DNA from: Vicugna vicugna
Lineage: Eukaryota
DNA length: 64,000 nucleotides
NCBI GenBank assembly: GCA_013265495.1
Contig: MU057801.1
Location: 2,944,765-3,008,764, forward strand
Direction of reading: 5' to 3'
The position numbers and the translations under genes were made by a program. This document shows positions 39,996 to 53,896 of this stretch, piece after piece. Position 1 is the first letter of the stretch; each line of letters opens with the position of its first letter. The notes under the pieces were generated by a model. It was not told where the DNA came from and ran no database searches. It was given only the letters and a program-made list of their open reading frames with translations.

Positions 39996-42479
39996 CTCTG
40001 GAGATCTGTGACACAACAATGTGAATATAGTTAGCATCACTGATCTGTATATTTTAAAACAATTGAGGGTAAACTTTTAAAGCAGGGGTATATTTTATAC
40101 TATGTGTTTTTTACAATTAAAAATTTAAAAATAAGAAAAAAATTTAAAGAAAAAAGTCAAAATTTGGGGGCTTGCTTTCCGAAGTTGCCTGGCTCTGTTC
40201 TGTGGCACTTCTACTCAGATTTTCTCTTTCCTTAAAAAAAAAAAATTAAAATCAATCCCCAAGCTCCAGGAGAGGGAACCAGTCAGGGGGCAGGAGGTCA
40301 CCGGAGAAACACGGGACTCTCTCCAGCAGAGAGATGGCAAAGGCCCATCCTGAGGGCCCACGAACGGAAACAGCCACACCACATGGACCCTCATGGAATT
40401 TCAGAACAAACACACAAACAAGCCCTGAAAGTGTCCGCAGGAAGAAGAGCCTTCCTGCCCTCACGGCGCCAGGCATGACCCCAGCGGCAAGGCTGGGCGT
40501 CAGAGACTGAACAGGCCTTCGCTTCCTGAGGGAAGACACTTTCCACCTGATCTGGAAGCTACCAGATGGGCCCTGAGCAAAAGGAGGGGTTAGCCAAGAG
40601 GCAGGAAGACACCGACGGGGGGGCCTGGGCCCCTGCAAGCAGCGGACACTGTTCTGGGAGGGCAGCCCTGGGCAGGGCCAGTGCAACCCACACTAAGCCA
40701 CAACTGGACACCCAGCAGGTCCTGCGTCGTGTGACCACGTGGAAAACAACCCGGGTACTTTCTGGCACAGCTGATGAAGCGTTTGGAAAAGAAGGAGGAT
40801 AAACACATTAAAGATCGAAAACCAAGAAAGCCTCCTTAAAGCCAAATCCGGCACAGGAACTGTGAGAAGGCACCAGACAGCGTCCCCAGGGGAGGCAGGT
40901 GGGCAGGGCATCCTCGGAGGACGGGGAAGCCGAGGTGAGGGCGATCGGAGGCACCAGCCCTGGACGGGGTCGGTGCAGGAGAGACGGGACCCCAGGAGCT
41001 CGGCCCGACTGTGGCCCAGATGGGTGTTTCACAGGCCCCCCCAAAGCGGCTCCAGGCAGGAGTCCAGGAGCACAGCGCCCCCACGGCTGCGTCCTGCGTC
41101 CGCGCTCCGTCTCGCCGGTGAGACCCTGAGGCCGGCACAAGCCCGTGCGGGGAGACGCCCTGCTCAGGGGGCGGGGTGGCTGACCTGAGCTCTGGCCCAT
41201 CCAAACCCGCACTCCCTACTGGGAGTGCCGGGTGGTCCTGCGAACTGGGAGTGATGGGCAGGGAGGGCCGGGCATCCTTCCAGCCGGTCCTCTCAGCGGG
41301 GTGAGCGCTGTGTCTGCTCTGGCCTTGGGTTCTGAAAGGCCTCACTCCAGCAGAGCAGGCGGGACGTCACTGCAGGGCGAGGGGCCCAGAGAACTGCCAC
41401 CTTCCAGCTGCCGGGGTCATGGGAGGCCCGCCAAGGCCTCCGTGAGAACATTCCTTCCGACGTAGCCGACCAGAGCAGCTACCGACCCAGCTGCAATCTA
41501 CTGAAAGCCCGCCCTCAGCACACGGGTTTGTTAAAAATAAATAAATAAATAAATAACATTTTAAAGCATCAGACTCTTCCTGAGCCGGGCAAAGGCAGTC
41601 CTAAAAGACCCCAGACGTGGGCAATGCTGCCTTCAGGGCTCAGTGATCGGTGCCCTCTCCCCACACCTCCCTGCAGGACTGTGGGGTCACAGCCAGGCTG
41701 GGCTCTGGGCAGGTCACAGCGTCTACCAGACTGGGTCTGAAACACCTCCTTTCCTGGGCTGCTGGGGGAGGGGCAGTCACAAAGGGCCGGGCGCACCACA
41801 CCAGCCACTGCCCACACACAGGTGCCCAGGTCCCCGGCCTTCCTGCAGCTCAAGTCCTGGGTCTAGCAATGTGTCCCTGGAGAGCTCCCCACTCCCTCCC
41901 TCCTGGGCAGAGCCGTCAGCCTACATCACAGAACATCCAGGAGAGAAGGGCAGGCCTCGACCAGCCCCTCCCAGCAGGGAGCCTCGGCCCACTGACTGTG
42001 GACTCTGCTCAGACTCCCTAAGGCCTGGGTGCAGCGGCAGAGGACGCTGGTGCCTGGAACCCTGCACAGGCCCCTGGGAAGAGGAGAAGCACTGGAAGCG
42101 CCTTCCGGGAACGGGGGTGGGGCCTGGGGCGGCCCAGCAGGCCCCAGCGTCCAGCACCCCCCCACCCCGGTGCCCCGGCCATGCAGAGCCAAGCGGGCGC
42201 TATAAATAATGAACGCCCCAGGGCTCCAGGCCCTCTTCAGTTTCCTCCCCACCTAAGCTGAATTATTTAATTCTCTTGGATCCTACACATGTACAGAGGC
42301 CTGCACGTCGAAACCATCTGGAAGCCCAGCCAACTCCGCAGCTGAGGGCCGCCCGGGGGGCCGGGCTCCAGGTAAGGAGGAGCACGTGCCTTCTTGTGGC
42401 TTCATTCCTTTAAAGTTGGGATGAGTGGACTCTCGCCCACTCTAATGCTGTGAAGCTTAATTAAAAATACGAGCCTAAG

Positions 42480-43130
42480 GGTGCAGCCACTGCGGAGGAC
42501 AGTATGGAGGTTCCTTAAAACACTAAAAATAGACCTACCATGTGATTGAGCAATCTCACTCCTGGGCGTGTACCCTGAGAAAACAACTCAGAAAGACACC
42601 TGCACCCCAGTGTTCACAGCAGCATCATTCACAGCAGCCAAGACACGGAAACAGACCAAGTGTCCATCGGCAGACGGCTGGAGGAAGAAGCTGCGGTGCG
42701 TTTATGCAATGGAGCACAACTCAGCCACAAAGAGAACAAAACAATGCCTCCTGCAGCAACACGGACGGACCTGAAGGCCTTCATTCTAAGCGAAGTGAGC
42801 CAGACAGAGAAAGAGAAAAGCCACATGATAGCACTTACGTGTGGATTTAAAAGAAAGGACACAAATGAACTTGTTTACAAAACAGAAACAGACTTGCAGG
42901 CACAGGCAACAAACTCACGGTTACCAGGGGTAAAGGCGGTGGGAAGGGACACACTGGGAGTCCCAGGACTGCATCCCCTGGGGAGGGATGGAAATGCTAG
43001 CTGTCTGGATCGTGGTGGTGGTTTCATGGGTGTGCACATCTATCAACATTCACCAAATTGTACATGTGAAATACGTGTAGTTTGCTGTACTGGGACTACA
43101 CCACAATAAAAATGTTAAAAAAAAAAAAAA
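42480..43130 (+). mobile_element. L1 3' end, variant-terminus type
   Basis: Young L1 ORF2 tail/3' UTR to ~42965, then gggatggaaatgctagctgtc...caccacaataaaaatgtt(A)n. Confidence 0.85.
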
Positions 43131-43659
43131 CATGAGCAGAAAGTTTGTTACCAAGTGAAGCACAACCCTGTTTTCACTGGGGGAGAAAACCTGCCCTCAA
43201 ACAGGTTACTGGCCCCGAGGCCGTGGCGGGCCCGGCCTCTGCAGGACAACACAGCCCTCTGGAGGCCACGGAGGAAGGTGTGGGTTTGCGTCTCACTAAT
43301 GCACAGTGAGGAGGGAATTTAATCTGTGGCCTGGAAACCCACTGGGTGTGCAGGGCCAGCACGAGGACTGCGGTCTCACCAGCAGCTGGGTGAACGGGGA
43401 CCAGCTCCCCACAGGGCCTTCCGTAAAACCGGTAAGACCTGCTCTCCAGAACCAACAGCGTCAGGGTCCCGCTGCGGACAGTGTGTCCTGTGTCTGGGAA
43501 GACGGACGACCCTCGGCTTCCAGAGAAGCAGGTCTCGGTGCGATAAACAGCTGGTGGCTGGTTAGTAATCAAGCTTCATTCTCCAGCAGTTCTGAGCTTT
43601 TAGGATTCATTTGTGCATTTGCTATTTTCATGGCTTTTTCTTGTTTTTCAAAACTTATA

Positions 43660-43830
43660 CTTTTTTAAAATTGAAGTGCAGTCAGTTACAGTGTGTCGAT
43701 GTCTGGTTACAGCACCACGTCCCAGCCGTGCACATACACACACATATTTGTTTTCATGTTCTTTTTCATTAAAGGTGATTACAAGATACTGAACATGGTT
43801 CCCTGTGCTGCACAGAAGAGATTTTGTTTC
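43660..43830 (-). mobile_element. L1 3' terminus
   Basis: ttttttaaaattgaagtgcagtcagttacagtgtgtc...gttccctgtgctgcacagaaga. Confidence 0.85.
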
Positions 43831-44199
43831 TCTCCCCTTTTCATACACAGTGGCTAAGCTTCCCAAACTTCAGCCCTCCAAGGCGCGTCTGCCTCCCCTC
43901 TTCTCCGGCGACACAAGACTGCAGAACTTCCACCGTGTATTCACTTTGCCAGCGCGCGCCCCGAGGGCCGCAGCAGTGAGGCTTGAGAAGCTATTATTTC
44001 TACCAAAGGGATTTTTCAATCCCAACAATGTAAAAATAAGCCAATGTCTCATTTAATTAGCAATTAGTATAGTATTTGCTCCTCCTCCAAAGTAGTTATT
44101 TAGACTAAAACCTGTAAGGACATCAGACTCTAAAACTGGCCCAGAAAGCCTGCCGTCCGGGTCTCCTCGAGAAGACACCATGGGGAGAGCAGCGCAAAC

Positions 44200-44748
44200 A
44201 ACCTTGCACCCTTCGGCCAATATCTTCCCAGTTCTTAAAGCTTTCTGTGGTTTGATAATTTGCTTTTGTATATCTTGGGGTTTTTCAGGTTTTGTTACTC
44301 CATAGTATGCTTTTGATTATCGGTCACCCTGTTTTCCAAGCATATTAACCCATTACTGTATCTGTTTGCTGTAAACTGATAGTCAAATAAGCTCAAACAC
44401 ATCCTAAAAAGAATGAAAAAAAGAAAAAAAGTCTGCATTTTCTTACCCCCATCTCAGCTTTAATGATTTGATGACTTCTTTTACATACTCACGTTTATTG
44501 TATCGCAACTGACTGTAGTTGTCACCTTTCCAATTACGGCTTTCTTCTTGCTGTAGCATCCTGCTTCTTTTCTATTTAGAGCGGACCTTTCGACATTTCT
44601 GTTGCACAGGTTTGGTATTGCTGAATTCCTTTTGGTTTTCCTTGTCTGTGAGATTCTTTCTCTCTCCCTCTAGGCTAAAGGATAGCCTTGCTGGGTAGCG
44701 TAGCCTCGAATGCAGCTTTTTCTCATTCAGAACTTTGAATATATCCAG
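44200..44748 (-). mobile_element. L1 ORF1-end/inter-ORF fragment
   Basis: T-rich; ggtttggtattgctgaattcctttt...ggatagccttgctgggtag...cagaactttgaatatatcc. Confidence 0.65.
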
Positions 44749-44999
44749 TTCCTGAAGATTTTCATAACCACATGCATATATTTGGTTCCAGGACTAGAGC
44801 TACAGACCCAAAGGTCATCACACGTCTACGTAATTATTCAGTTACACACACACAAGGGCATCCTCATATGGTTCCACTGACAAAAAAGAAGCTTTCTCTT
44901 TATGTGTCGCTGCGTATACAAAAAGAGAAGACCTTCCTCTCAGCAGCAGTATCAACTTCTAACTTGAATTCAGCTAGAAAATTCTACCGTAAGAAAAGC

Positions 45000-47900
45000 A
45001 GGAATTTCTGCAAATGTTAACCGCTATGCATAAAAATAGATAAAAATAAATTTCTTCTGTGCAGCACAGGGAACTATATTCACTATCTTGTAACAACCTT
45101 TAACGAAAAAGAATATGAAAATGAATGTATGTCTGTATATGCAGGACTGGGACATTGTGCTTTACACCAGAAACTGACACATTGTAACTGACTGTACTTC
45201 AGTTTTTAAAAAAAGAGAGGAAAAAATCAGTATTTCTAAAAATGAACAGGAACAATACGAACAATAAAACACATACTGAGCTTTGGGGGGAAATTATGAA
45301 TAAAACTAAGAAGTTCTTTGGTAAAAAAATGAAATAAACAAAATAAAATAAAATAAAATATAATCCCAGAGGCCAATAAGCTCCTCCCATGCTGAGCCTT
45401 CCCCGGGTAACACTGTAAACTCTGGATAAGACACAAAACAATGACCCAAGACGGATACCTGAGAGCACCAAAGAGCAAGCGGACTCTGGATGGGAGTGGC
45501 AGGCACTGGTGCGTTCCCCATTCTCACAGCTTCTAGGCTGAGGGACGCTCAGCCCACACCATGCGGACCAACTAAAACGTCAACAGGAAAAACAGGTCTG
45601 ATAGCCTGCAGGGTTTGAGGCAACCACTGCAACTGAAAAATGAGTGAGGAATCCTGAAAAGGAGAGCACCAGAGAGAGAAAGCCCCAAATTCTGTAAATG
45701 TTACCCAAATCTCCAGATGACCCACGAGCTATGCATGTTCAGTGGAGCAGCCTTGGAGCAGCTTAGCCGAGAAAAAGAGAACTGAAATAAGATTTGAGCT
45801 GCTGCCAAGAGCCGGAGTTTTCAGTTTGACTATAACTGCGCTGCATACTAAAACAAACACAAACACTCTTCAGAGGAATATACCAGAAACTTCATTCTCT
45901 GCAACACAACTTCACAATGTCTCGGACAGAATCCAGAATTATTCACAAAAATTAAGAACCAGGAAAGAGTAAGCCATTCTCAAAAGAAACCACAGCCAGA
46001 GAATAACCTCAAGGTGAAGAGATGTTGGAATTCGCTGCATTAAAATCCTCTCCCAGACAAGATCTAAACAGACATTTCTCTAAAGAAGACATCCAGATGG
46101 CAACAGGCACATGAAAAAATGTTCAGTGTCACTAATTATCAGAGAAATGCAAATCAAAACTACAATGAGGTATCACCTCACACCAGTCAGTCTGGCCATC
46201 ATTAAAAAGTCTTCAAATCACAAATGTTGAAGAGGCTGTGTAGAAAAGGGAACCCTCCTACACTGTTGGTGGGAATGTAAATTGGAGGACAGTATAGAGG
46301 TTCCTTAAAAAACTAAAAATACACTTACCATATGATCCAGCTACCCTATTCCTGGGCATATATCTGGAGAAAACTATAATTTGTAAAGACATATGCACCC
46401 CAATGTTCACAGCAGCACTATTTACAACAGCCAAGACATGGAAGCAACCTAAATGTCCATCGACAGATGACTGGATGAAGACATGGCATATATACACAAT
46501 GGAATACTACTCAGCCATAAAAAAGACTAAAATAATGCCTTTTTTTTTTGCATTACAACATGGATAGACCTAGAGATTATCATATGAAGTGAAGTAAGTC
46601 AGAGACAGACAAATATCATATGATGTTGCTTAAATGTAGAATCTAAAAAAAAACACCAAATTTTATTTATAAACCAGAAATACACTCACAGACACAGAAA
46701 GCAAATTGTGGTTACCAATGGGGAAAGGTGGGGGGAGGGATAGATCAGGAGTTTGGGATTAATAGATAGATACACATTACTATATATGAAACAGATAAAC
46801 AACAAGGACCTACTGTATATAACACAGGGAATTATGTTCAATTTCTTGTAATGAGCTGTAATTGGAAAAGAATATGAAAAAAAACATATATGTATATATA
46901 TGACTGAATCACTTTGCCGTATACCTGAAACTAACATTGTAAATCGATTACACTTCAATCAAAAAAAAGAATTAAAAAAAATTTAAATCTTCTGCCAGAA
47001 CAACTATACTCAAGGATGTAAAAGAAAAGATTCTCCTAATGAATGCACATTTAGAAAAACTAAGCAGAGAAACAGAAACCTTAAGACAGAGTTAAACGGA
47101 AATTCGAGAACTGAAAACCACAATATACAAAATTTTAAATTTCACATGAACAGCAGAATGAATATGACATGCAGCAACATGGATGTCCCTGGAGAATGTC
47201 ATTCTAAGTGAAGTAAGCCAGAAAGAGAAAGAAAAATACCATATGAGATCACTCATGTGCAGAATCTAAAAAAAAAAGAACATAAATACAAAACAGAAAC
47301 AGACTCATAGACATAGAATAGAAACTTGTGGTTGCCGATGGGGCGGGGTGTGGGAAGGGACAGATTGGGATTTCAAAATGTAGAATAGATAAACAAGGTT
47401 ACACTGTATAGCTCAGGGAAATACATACAGGATCCTGTGGTAGCTCACAGTGAAAAACATGTGACAATGAACATATGTATGTTCATGTATGACTGAAAAA
47501 TTGTGCTCTACACTGGAATCTGACACAACACTGTAAAATGACTATAACTCAATAAAAAAAGTTAAAAAAAAGAATGAATATCACAGAGGAAACAGTTAGT
47601 GAACTTAAAGGCAAATGAATAGAAACCATCCAAACTTCAGAGCAGACAAAAGAGAACTTTTAAAAGGTTCACTTCAGAGACTAAAGAGACATTTTCCAAT
47701 GGTCCAGCGTACATCCTGGAAGGGGAAGAGAGAGAATTAGACAGGAAAACAGACTGAAGAACACATGGCATAGATGATCCCAAATTCGGTGAAAAACAAA
47801 TTTACAGATTCAAGAAACTCAGTAAACCCCATTTAGGATCAATGTCACTAAAGCTACACCGAGATACATCATAATCAAACAGATTAAAACCGAATATAAG

Positions 47901-50030
47901 GAGAAAATCTTGGAAACAGCCAAAGAAAAACAACACATCACACATGAGGACCCGACAATTCAAGTGACTGCCGACTTTGCATCAGAAACAATGGGATCTA
48001 GAGGTCTTTGCCTCTAAATGGTTAAAAACAACAACCAAAAACCCTGCCAGCTATAATTTTACACACCAAAAATATCCTTCATGAGCAAAGATAAAATCAA
48101 CACATTTTGGATTAAAAAATCCCAAACTAAGAGAAATACCAGCAGGGCAGTTCTAAGAGAAATGCCAAATGCTAAAAGGAAGATCTTTAACTGAAGAGAA
48201 ATGACACCAGACGGAAGCTTACATCCCAGGATGAAATAAACAGCACCCCAAAGAGTGAACCTCAGTAAAAGGAGAGAAAAGAGTTTTAAACTTAGAAAAA
48301 GATACAAACAGCTGAAGTAAAAAAATCGAAACACTGTCTCACTGGATGTGCAACATAAGTATATGTAATCATAGTAGGACCCACGGAGAGTTCCTGGGAT
48401 GGACACATACATTCGCAGGATTCGCAGGATCTCTGGATTACACGTGAAGCTGCTAGAATATTAACTCCGAAGACACTAGGAAAAGTTCGGTCCACAAGAA
48501 ACCTGCACACAAATCTTTGCAGCAGCTGCGGACGTAACTGCCAACACCTGTTGAACCAAGATGCTCCTCAGCGGGTGGACAGATAAACTGTGGTACATCC
48601 AAGGGGTGAAATACTAGTCAGCCTTGAAAAAAGTCACGAAAAGATGTATCAAACCATGAAAAGACATGGAAGAACTTTAAATGCACATTACTAAGTGAAA
48701 GAAGACAATCTAAAAAGACCCCATGCTATGCAATTCTAACTCCGCGACACTCTGGAGGAGGTAAACCTGCAGAGACAGTGAAAAGATGGGTGGTTGCCAG
48801 GGGTGGGGGGGTGAGATGAACAGAGCAGGAGATTGAAAGCAACACAACTACTCTGTATGATACTTAACGGTAGGAACACGACACCACACGTTTTCAAAAC
48901 CCACAGAGTGTAAGACCCAGAGAGTGAACCCCGCCGTAAATTAGGGGCTCTGGGTGATAATGATGTCAATGTAGGTTCACCAACTTAACCACAGTGGAGA
49001 GGGATGTTGATGGTGGGGGAGGGTGTCGGTTGAAAAATATATGAGAATTCTCTGTATTGTCTATTCCATTTTGCTGTGAACCTACAACTGCTATAAAAAG
49101 AAATAAAGCCTTTTTTTTAAGAAAACAAACAAAAAATGAAAAAAACTAGAAAAATTGTTGGATAAAATACTAATGTATGCTACAACATTTATGATCCTTG
49201 AGAACATTATGCCAAGTGAAAGAAGCCGGTAATAAAAGACCACGTATATGATGATTTCATCTGTATGAAATGTCCAGAACAGGCAAATCTATAGAGACAT
49301 AAAACAAATTAGTGGTTGCCCAGGGCTGATGGGAGTGGGGTGTTGGAAAGACCTGGGGACTGACCGCTAATGTGGGATTCTTTTGAGATGATAAAACTGT
49401 TCTAAAATTTGTTGTGGTACTGGTTGCACAGCTCTGTGAATATACTAAAACCCACTGAATTGTACATGTTAAATGGGTGAACTGATGGTATGTGAGTATC
49501 TCAATAAAGCTGTTATTTTTTTAAAGTAAAGCTTTTTTTTTTTAAAGTAAAGCTGCTAGTTTTTAAAAGTAACTGGTTAAGCCCATGCCACGCATACTTC
49601 AAACACCAGAATGCTGAAGAGGTCGTATTGATAGACTTCTGGAGGTAGCGTATGACCAAAGGCAGACTCTTCATAGAGATAATTCAGCAGGAAGACGTAC
49701 CATAAACAACCACCTGCCTAACAACAGAGCCTCAAAATACACAAAGGAAAAACTGACAGAACGAAAGAAACAGACGATTCCACAAACAGTCCTGGGGAGG
49801 GTGGAGCTCAGGGGTGGAGCCCACGCTTAGCACGCATAAGGTCCTGGGTTCAACCCCAGTGCCTCCTCCAAAAATAAATAAATGAATAAATAATAATTAC
49901 CTCCCCTCTCCAAAAAAAATCACAGTTGGAAATTTTAACAGCAGTTTCGCGGCAGGTGGCAGAATCAGATCCAAAAAATAAAAACTGATATAAAGAAACA
50001 GAAGTGCTCAACAGCACCAGGGACCGCCTT
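45000..50030 (+). mobile_element. AT-rich nest of L1s: old L1 (5'/ORF1/ORF2 start) interrupted by younger L1 3' ends and a SINE
   Basis: Younger inserts at ~45005-45215, ~46060-46980 and ~47170-47570 (TSD agaatgaatat(g/c)aca at 47155 and 47571). L1M 3' ends at ~48480-49110 and ~49160-49520. Confidence 0.85.
49794..49920 (+). mobile_element. Camelid-type tRNA-derived SINE
   Basis: ggggagggtggagctcaggggtggagcccacgcttagcacgcataaggtcctgggttcaacccc + tail. Confidence 0.85.
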
Positions 50031-51619
50031 GCCGGAAGATGTGCAGACGAGCAGTGTCTAGCAAAGCACGGTGAGCCGCGCTTGAGCTCTCATTTCATCT
50101 TAACTGTCTGTCTCCTTGGAGCCTGTACGGCTCTCCCGGAGGTCTGAAACCCTCCTTTAAGTCTTCTTGGAGAAGCTGACCAAGGCAGTCTGCACCAATG
50201 CCCTTTCCCTTCTTAACATCCCTTTCCAAACACAAAGAGTCATTCAAAACCATTCCACTTCTCCAAAGCACAGTCACCTTACTCCTGCCTCCTAGACTCG
50301 AAGCCTCTGTCCCCCAGACCCCAGGCAGTTACTGACGGGGAGCCCTTCCGAGACGCGCCGAGGGCCAGTCACCGGCGGCCAGCCGAGGCAGGGCGGATCC
50401 ACGCAAGCGGGGTTTGAGTGTTCCAAGCACAACGCAGCAAAATCGGACTCGTCCGTGTCCCCACGTGGCCTCATAGCCGTGGACGCCTGCAAGGCACCTG
50501 TCGCTCAGCACCGAGCAGCAGCAGAGGCGAAGGCGCGAGCCGGGCCCCCGACTCTCCCCGGGAGGCCGCTGGCTGCCGAAGCCTCGGCCGTCCTCCGGGG
50601 CTCAGGCCTGGCAACACTGCAGCTTTTCAGCAGTTCCCTCCCAGAGACCTGCACGACTGCGGGCAACGTCAGTGACCATCATACAGTGGCCCCCAGCGGG
50701 CCTGGGACCAAGTCGGCGGGGCGGCCGCGTACCGGAAAGCCTCCTTGCCCGCACGAAGCCACGTTGGGGGCTCGTGCTGCCACACCCTGAGGATCGAGGG
50801 ACACAGCCCCGTCCCTCCAGCCGCCTGCAGGCAACACAGTGCTCTCTGCACCCCGGGAGCAGAAGGATGATCAGGAGCAGGCAGGGGCGGCAGAGGGAAC
50901 AGTACAAGGGAGGAGGTGCCTGGAGCCGCTGCATAGACCACAAGAAGGGGTCAGGCACAGCTCCTCTGTGAAAGGGAAGAAAGAAAAGCAAGCCACAAAG
51001 CAGTACGGCTTCACTGACCACGCCTCACTCACTCACGGCACATGGGACACTGCAACCAGCAAAGCGGACCAACTCGCTCAGTCTGGAAGATCAGCACATC
51101 TCACTGGATGGCGAAAGCGCTGCGAGGAGAAACGGAGCAGGAGGGGCGGGGGGAGGCTCACAGCTTTCAACGGGGTGGCCTGGCGAGGCCTCCCTGAGAA
51201 CGTGGCTGTTCCTCATGTCTGCAGGTACCGCCGCTGGGCTGCACACAGGCCGGCCTGAACTCCCGAGTAGACCCCTGCCTGCTTCTAAAGCCTGACATTC
51301 TTTTAATGAGGGTGAAAAAACCCAGAAACCTATTTAATTCCATGCTATGAAAGAGAAGTATCTGATGGTTTGGGGAAAGCTGGCACGCAGTGCTCCCTGT
51401 CTCCTGGCCATCCTGGAAGCACACGGCTGACGGTGGGCACGAGTTCCTGGGCGCATAGGTGGTTATCAGATGGCACTTGTCCAGGCTCGGTGGCCTGCGC
51501 CTGGTGGTCTGCCGCCTGGTCTTAGGTCCTGTGGCTGAAACCAGGCACCTGCGGTACACCGGGACATTTACACGAGACAATTTAACGACAGACACCTCAG
51601 GGACTCCCCAGTGAGGCGG

Positions 51620-53390
51620 CACGGAGCTGAGCCTTACCCTCGCACCGTCCACGCTGAGCGGGCAGGGATGCTCTCCAGCGCACCTGCCCTAAAAAAACGC
51701 TAAAGAAATTCTTCTGAAATTTAAGGAAACAGTACCAGAGGGAAAGCTGAAATTTCAGGGCTAGAGGAGGAGCAGCAGAAATGACAAATAACCACGCAAA
51801 CACAAGAGCCCGCTCTTCTCCTTCGGAGTTCTTTCGAGCAGTATGTATTATGGCAGGAAGTAAGACCTGTGACACCGCCTGGAGCAGCTCTGGATGTATG
51901 AAGACACGTAAGTAAAGGAACTGACGTGGTGGTGTCGTTTCCACGAGGACTTGAAGTGGCACAATCTTATTTCCAGGCAGACAGAGAAAAATAAAGCATG
52001 AATCCTGTAACCTCTAGGGTAGCCACTAAAACAGCCACCCAGAGACACATGGTCAAAAATCGAGTGATTAAAGTAGAATACTGAGACTACGGTCAGCAAC
52101 AAGCTGGGAGAATCCAGCCAGTAACACGCAGTGTCCTTCACGGTGGCAGATGGTAGCTGGACTGATCAGGCGACCATTCTGAAATGTATAAAAACATCAA
52201 ATCACTGTGTTGCACACCAGGAACTAACAGTGTGGGAGGTCAGCTATACTTCAAGCCAAACAAACAAGCAAGTTCACAGAGAAAGAGGTCAGAGCTGTGG
52301 TTATCAGAGGAGTAGGGAGGAGGAACTGGATGAACGTGGTCAAAAGGTGCAAACTTCCAGCCACAGGAAAAATAATTGCTGGTGCAACATGATAAATATA
52401 ATTAACAAAAACTGCTGCATGTTACACGTGAAGACTGTTAGGAGAGTAAATCCTAACAGTTCTCATCACAAGGACGCTTGAGGAATCCGGAGCCTCTGGC
52501 GTCTGCCACCGCAGCCAGCAGCAGACACAGCCTGACCCCCGGCCAGAAAACACGAGGCCCCGCACCCCAGGTCTTCGTACTTCAGCTCCGACAGCCCAGG
52601 ACGTCAAGTCCAGCTTTCAGCAAAAAGCTGTGAGGAGCATCTGCAGCAACGTGGATGGACCTGGAGACCGTCATTCTGAGTGGAGTCAGCCAGAGAGAGA
52701 AAGCCGCGTACCAGACAACGTCACTCACGTGTGGAACCCAGAGACTGACAACGAACTCATTACAGAACAGAAGCAGACTCACAGACACAGAGAACAGTCT
52801 TATGGTTACGGGGGACGGGGGTGGGAAGGGATAAACTGGAAGTCTGAGATTTGCAGGTACACACTACTATATACAAAATAGACAAGTAAGTTTCTACTGT
52901 ACAGCACAGGGAATTATATTCAGTATCTTGTAATAACCTATAATAAAAAAATGAAAATGAACGTATGTATGTTCATGTATGACTGAAGCGTTGTGCTGCA
53001 CACCAGAAATTGACACATTGTAAACTGACTATACTTCAATTAAAAAAAATTTTTAAATGAAAATTGAAAAAAACAAACAATGTTTTCCTAAAAAGAAAAG
53101 TGGAGCCAACCCTAACAGGTGAGTGGGCGGGCCCGCGGAGGCGCACCCTCCCAAGGCTGCTCTGCGCCACACCGATGCTGAAAGAGCCAGCCCGGGAAGG
53201 CCCTGCCGCGAGGTTCTCTTACGGGACGTTCCGGAAAAGGCAAAAGCGGGGTCTGCAAACGGGGGCAGCACGTGTTTCTGGTGACAGAACTATGTTCACA
53301 TATAGTGGTGACAGTTACACAAACCTGCACGACTTAAAGCCCCTGGAGCTGTACACGAGTAAGTCCAGTTCAGTGTGAGCAATTTTCTTT
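51620..53390 (+). mobile_element. L1 fragment cluster (old L1; L1MA-like 3' end ~52130-52480; young L1 3' end ~52640-53050)
   Basis: ggtcaaaaggtgcaaacttccag...gagagtaaatcctaacagttctcatcacaa; ggatggacctggagaccgtcattctgagtg...tatacttcaattaaaaaaaa. Confidence 0.8.
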
Positions 53391-53896
53391 TAAAGGGATG
53401 GAAGTCACTTTCCTGAAACCTCTGCCTTCGACCCCTGGAGGCAAGGGAACACCTAAGGTCTAGTACATGTTGGAATGGGAAGAACAGAAAAAACACAATG
53501 AATTTCAGTAAATGATCCCCTGCTGCAGGCTCACAAACACTAGGGTGTGTACTGCCCGCTGCAGCTTGACTCCGAGGGTCGCCACTACCTTCCCACGGGG
53601 CTGGGCCTCACGCCCTCCGAGCAGCACACTGCAACCCCTCCCACCCGGCACTCAGTCTCAGAACCTGGGGGACCTGGGCGGGACCAGCCCCGGGACACGG
53701 AGGTGGGCGGGTCCCCTCCTTCCCAGAGGCCACCCTGGAGGCAAGATGTGGGTGCAGACACATTCCGAGCAACAGCCGAGTAACCCACATTTCTCTGTTT
53801 GAAATGAGAGGCCAGAGCTGGTGCTGGAGCCCAGAGGGAGGCAGGCGGAGCAGAGGCCTCCCTGAGGCTGATGGTGTGAGCCCCAGCACCTTGTCA

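Noticed and set aside
46060..46500. L1 ORF2 fragments as intact retrotransposon genes
   Set aside because: All are 5'-truncated with stops or frameshifts. No full-length element in the window.
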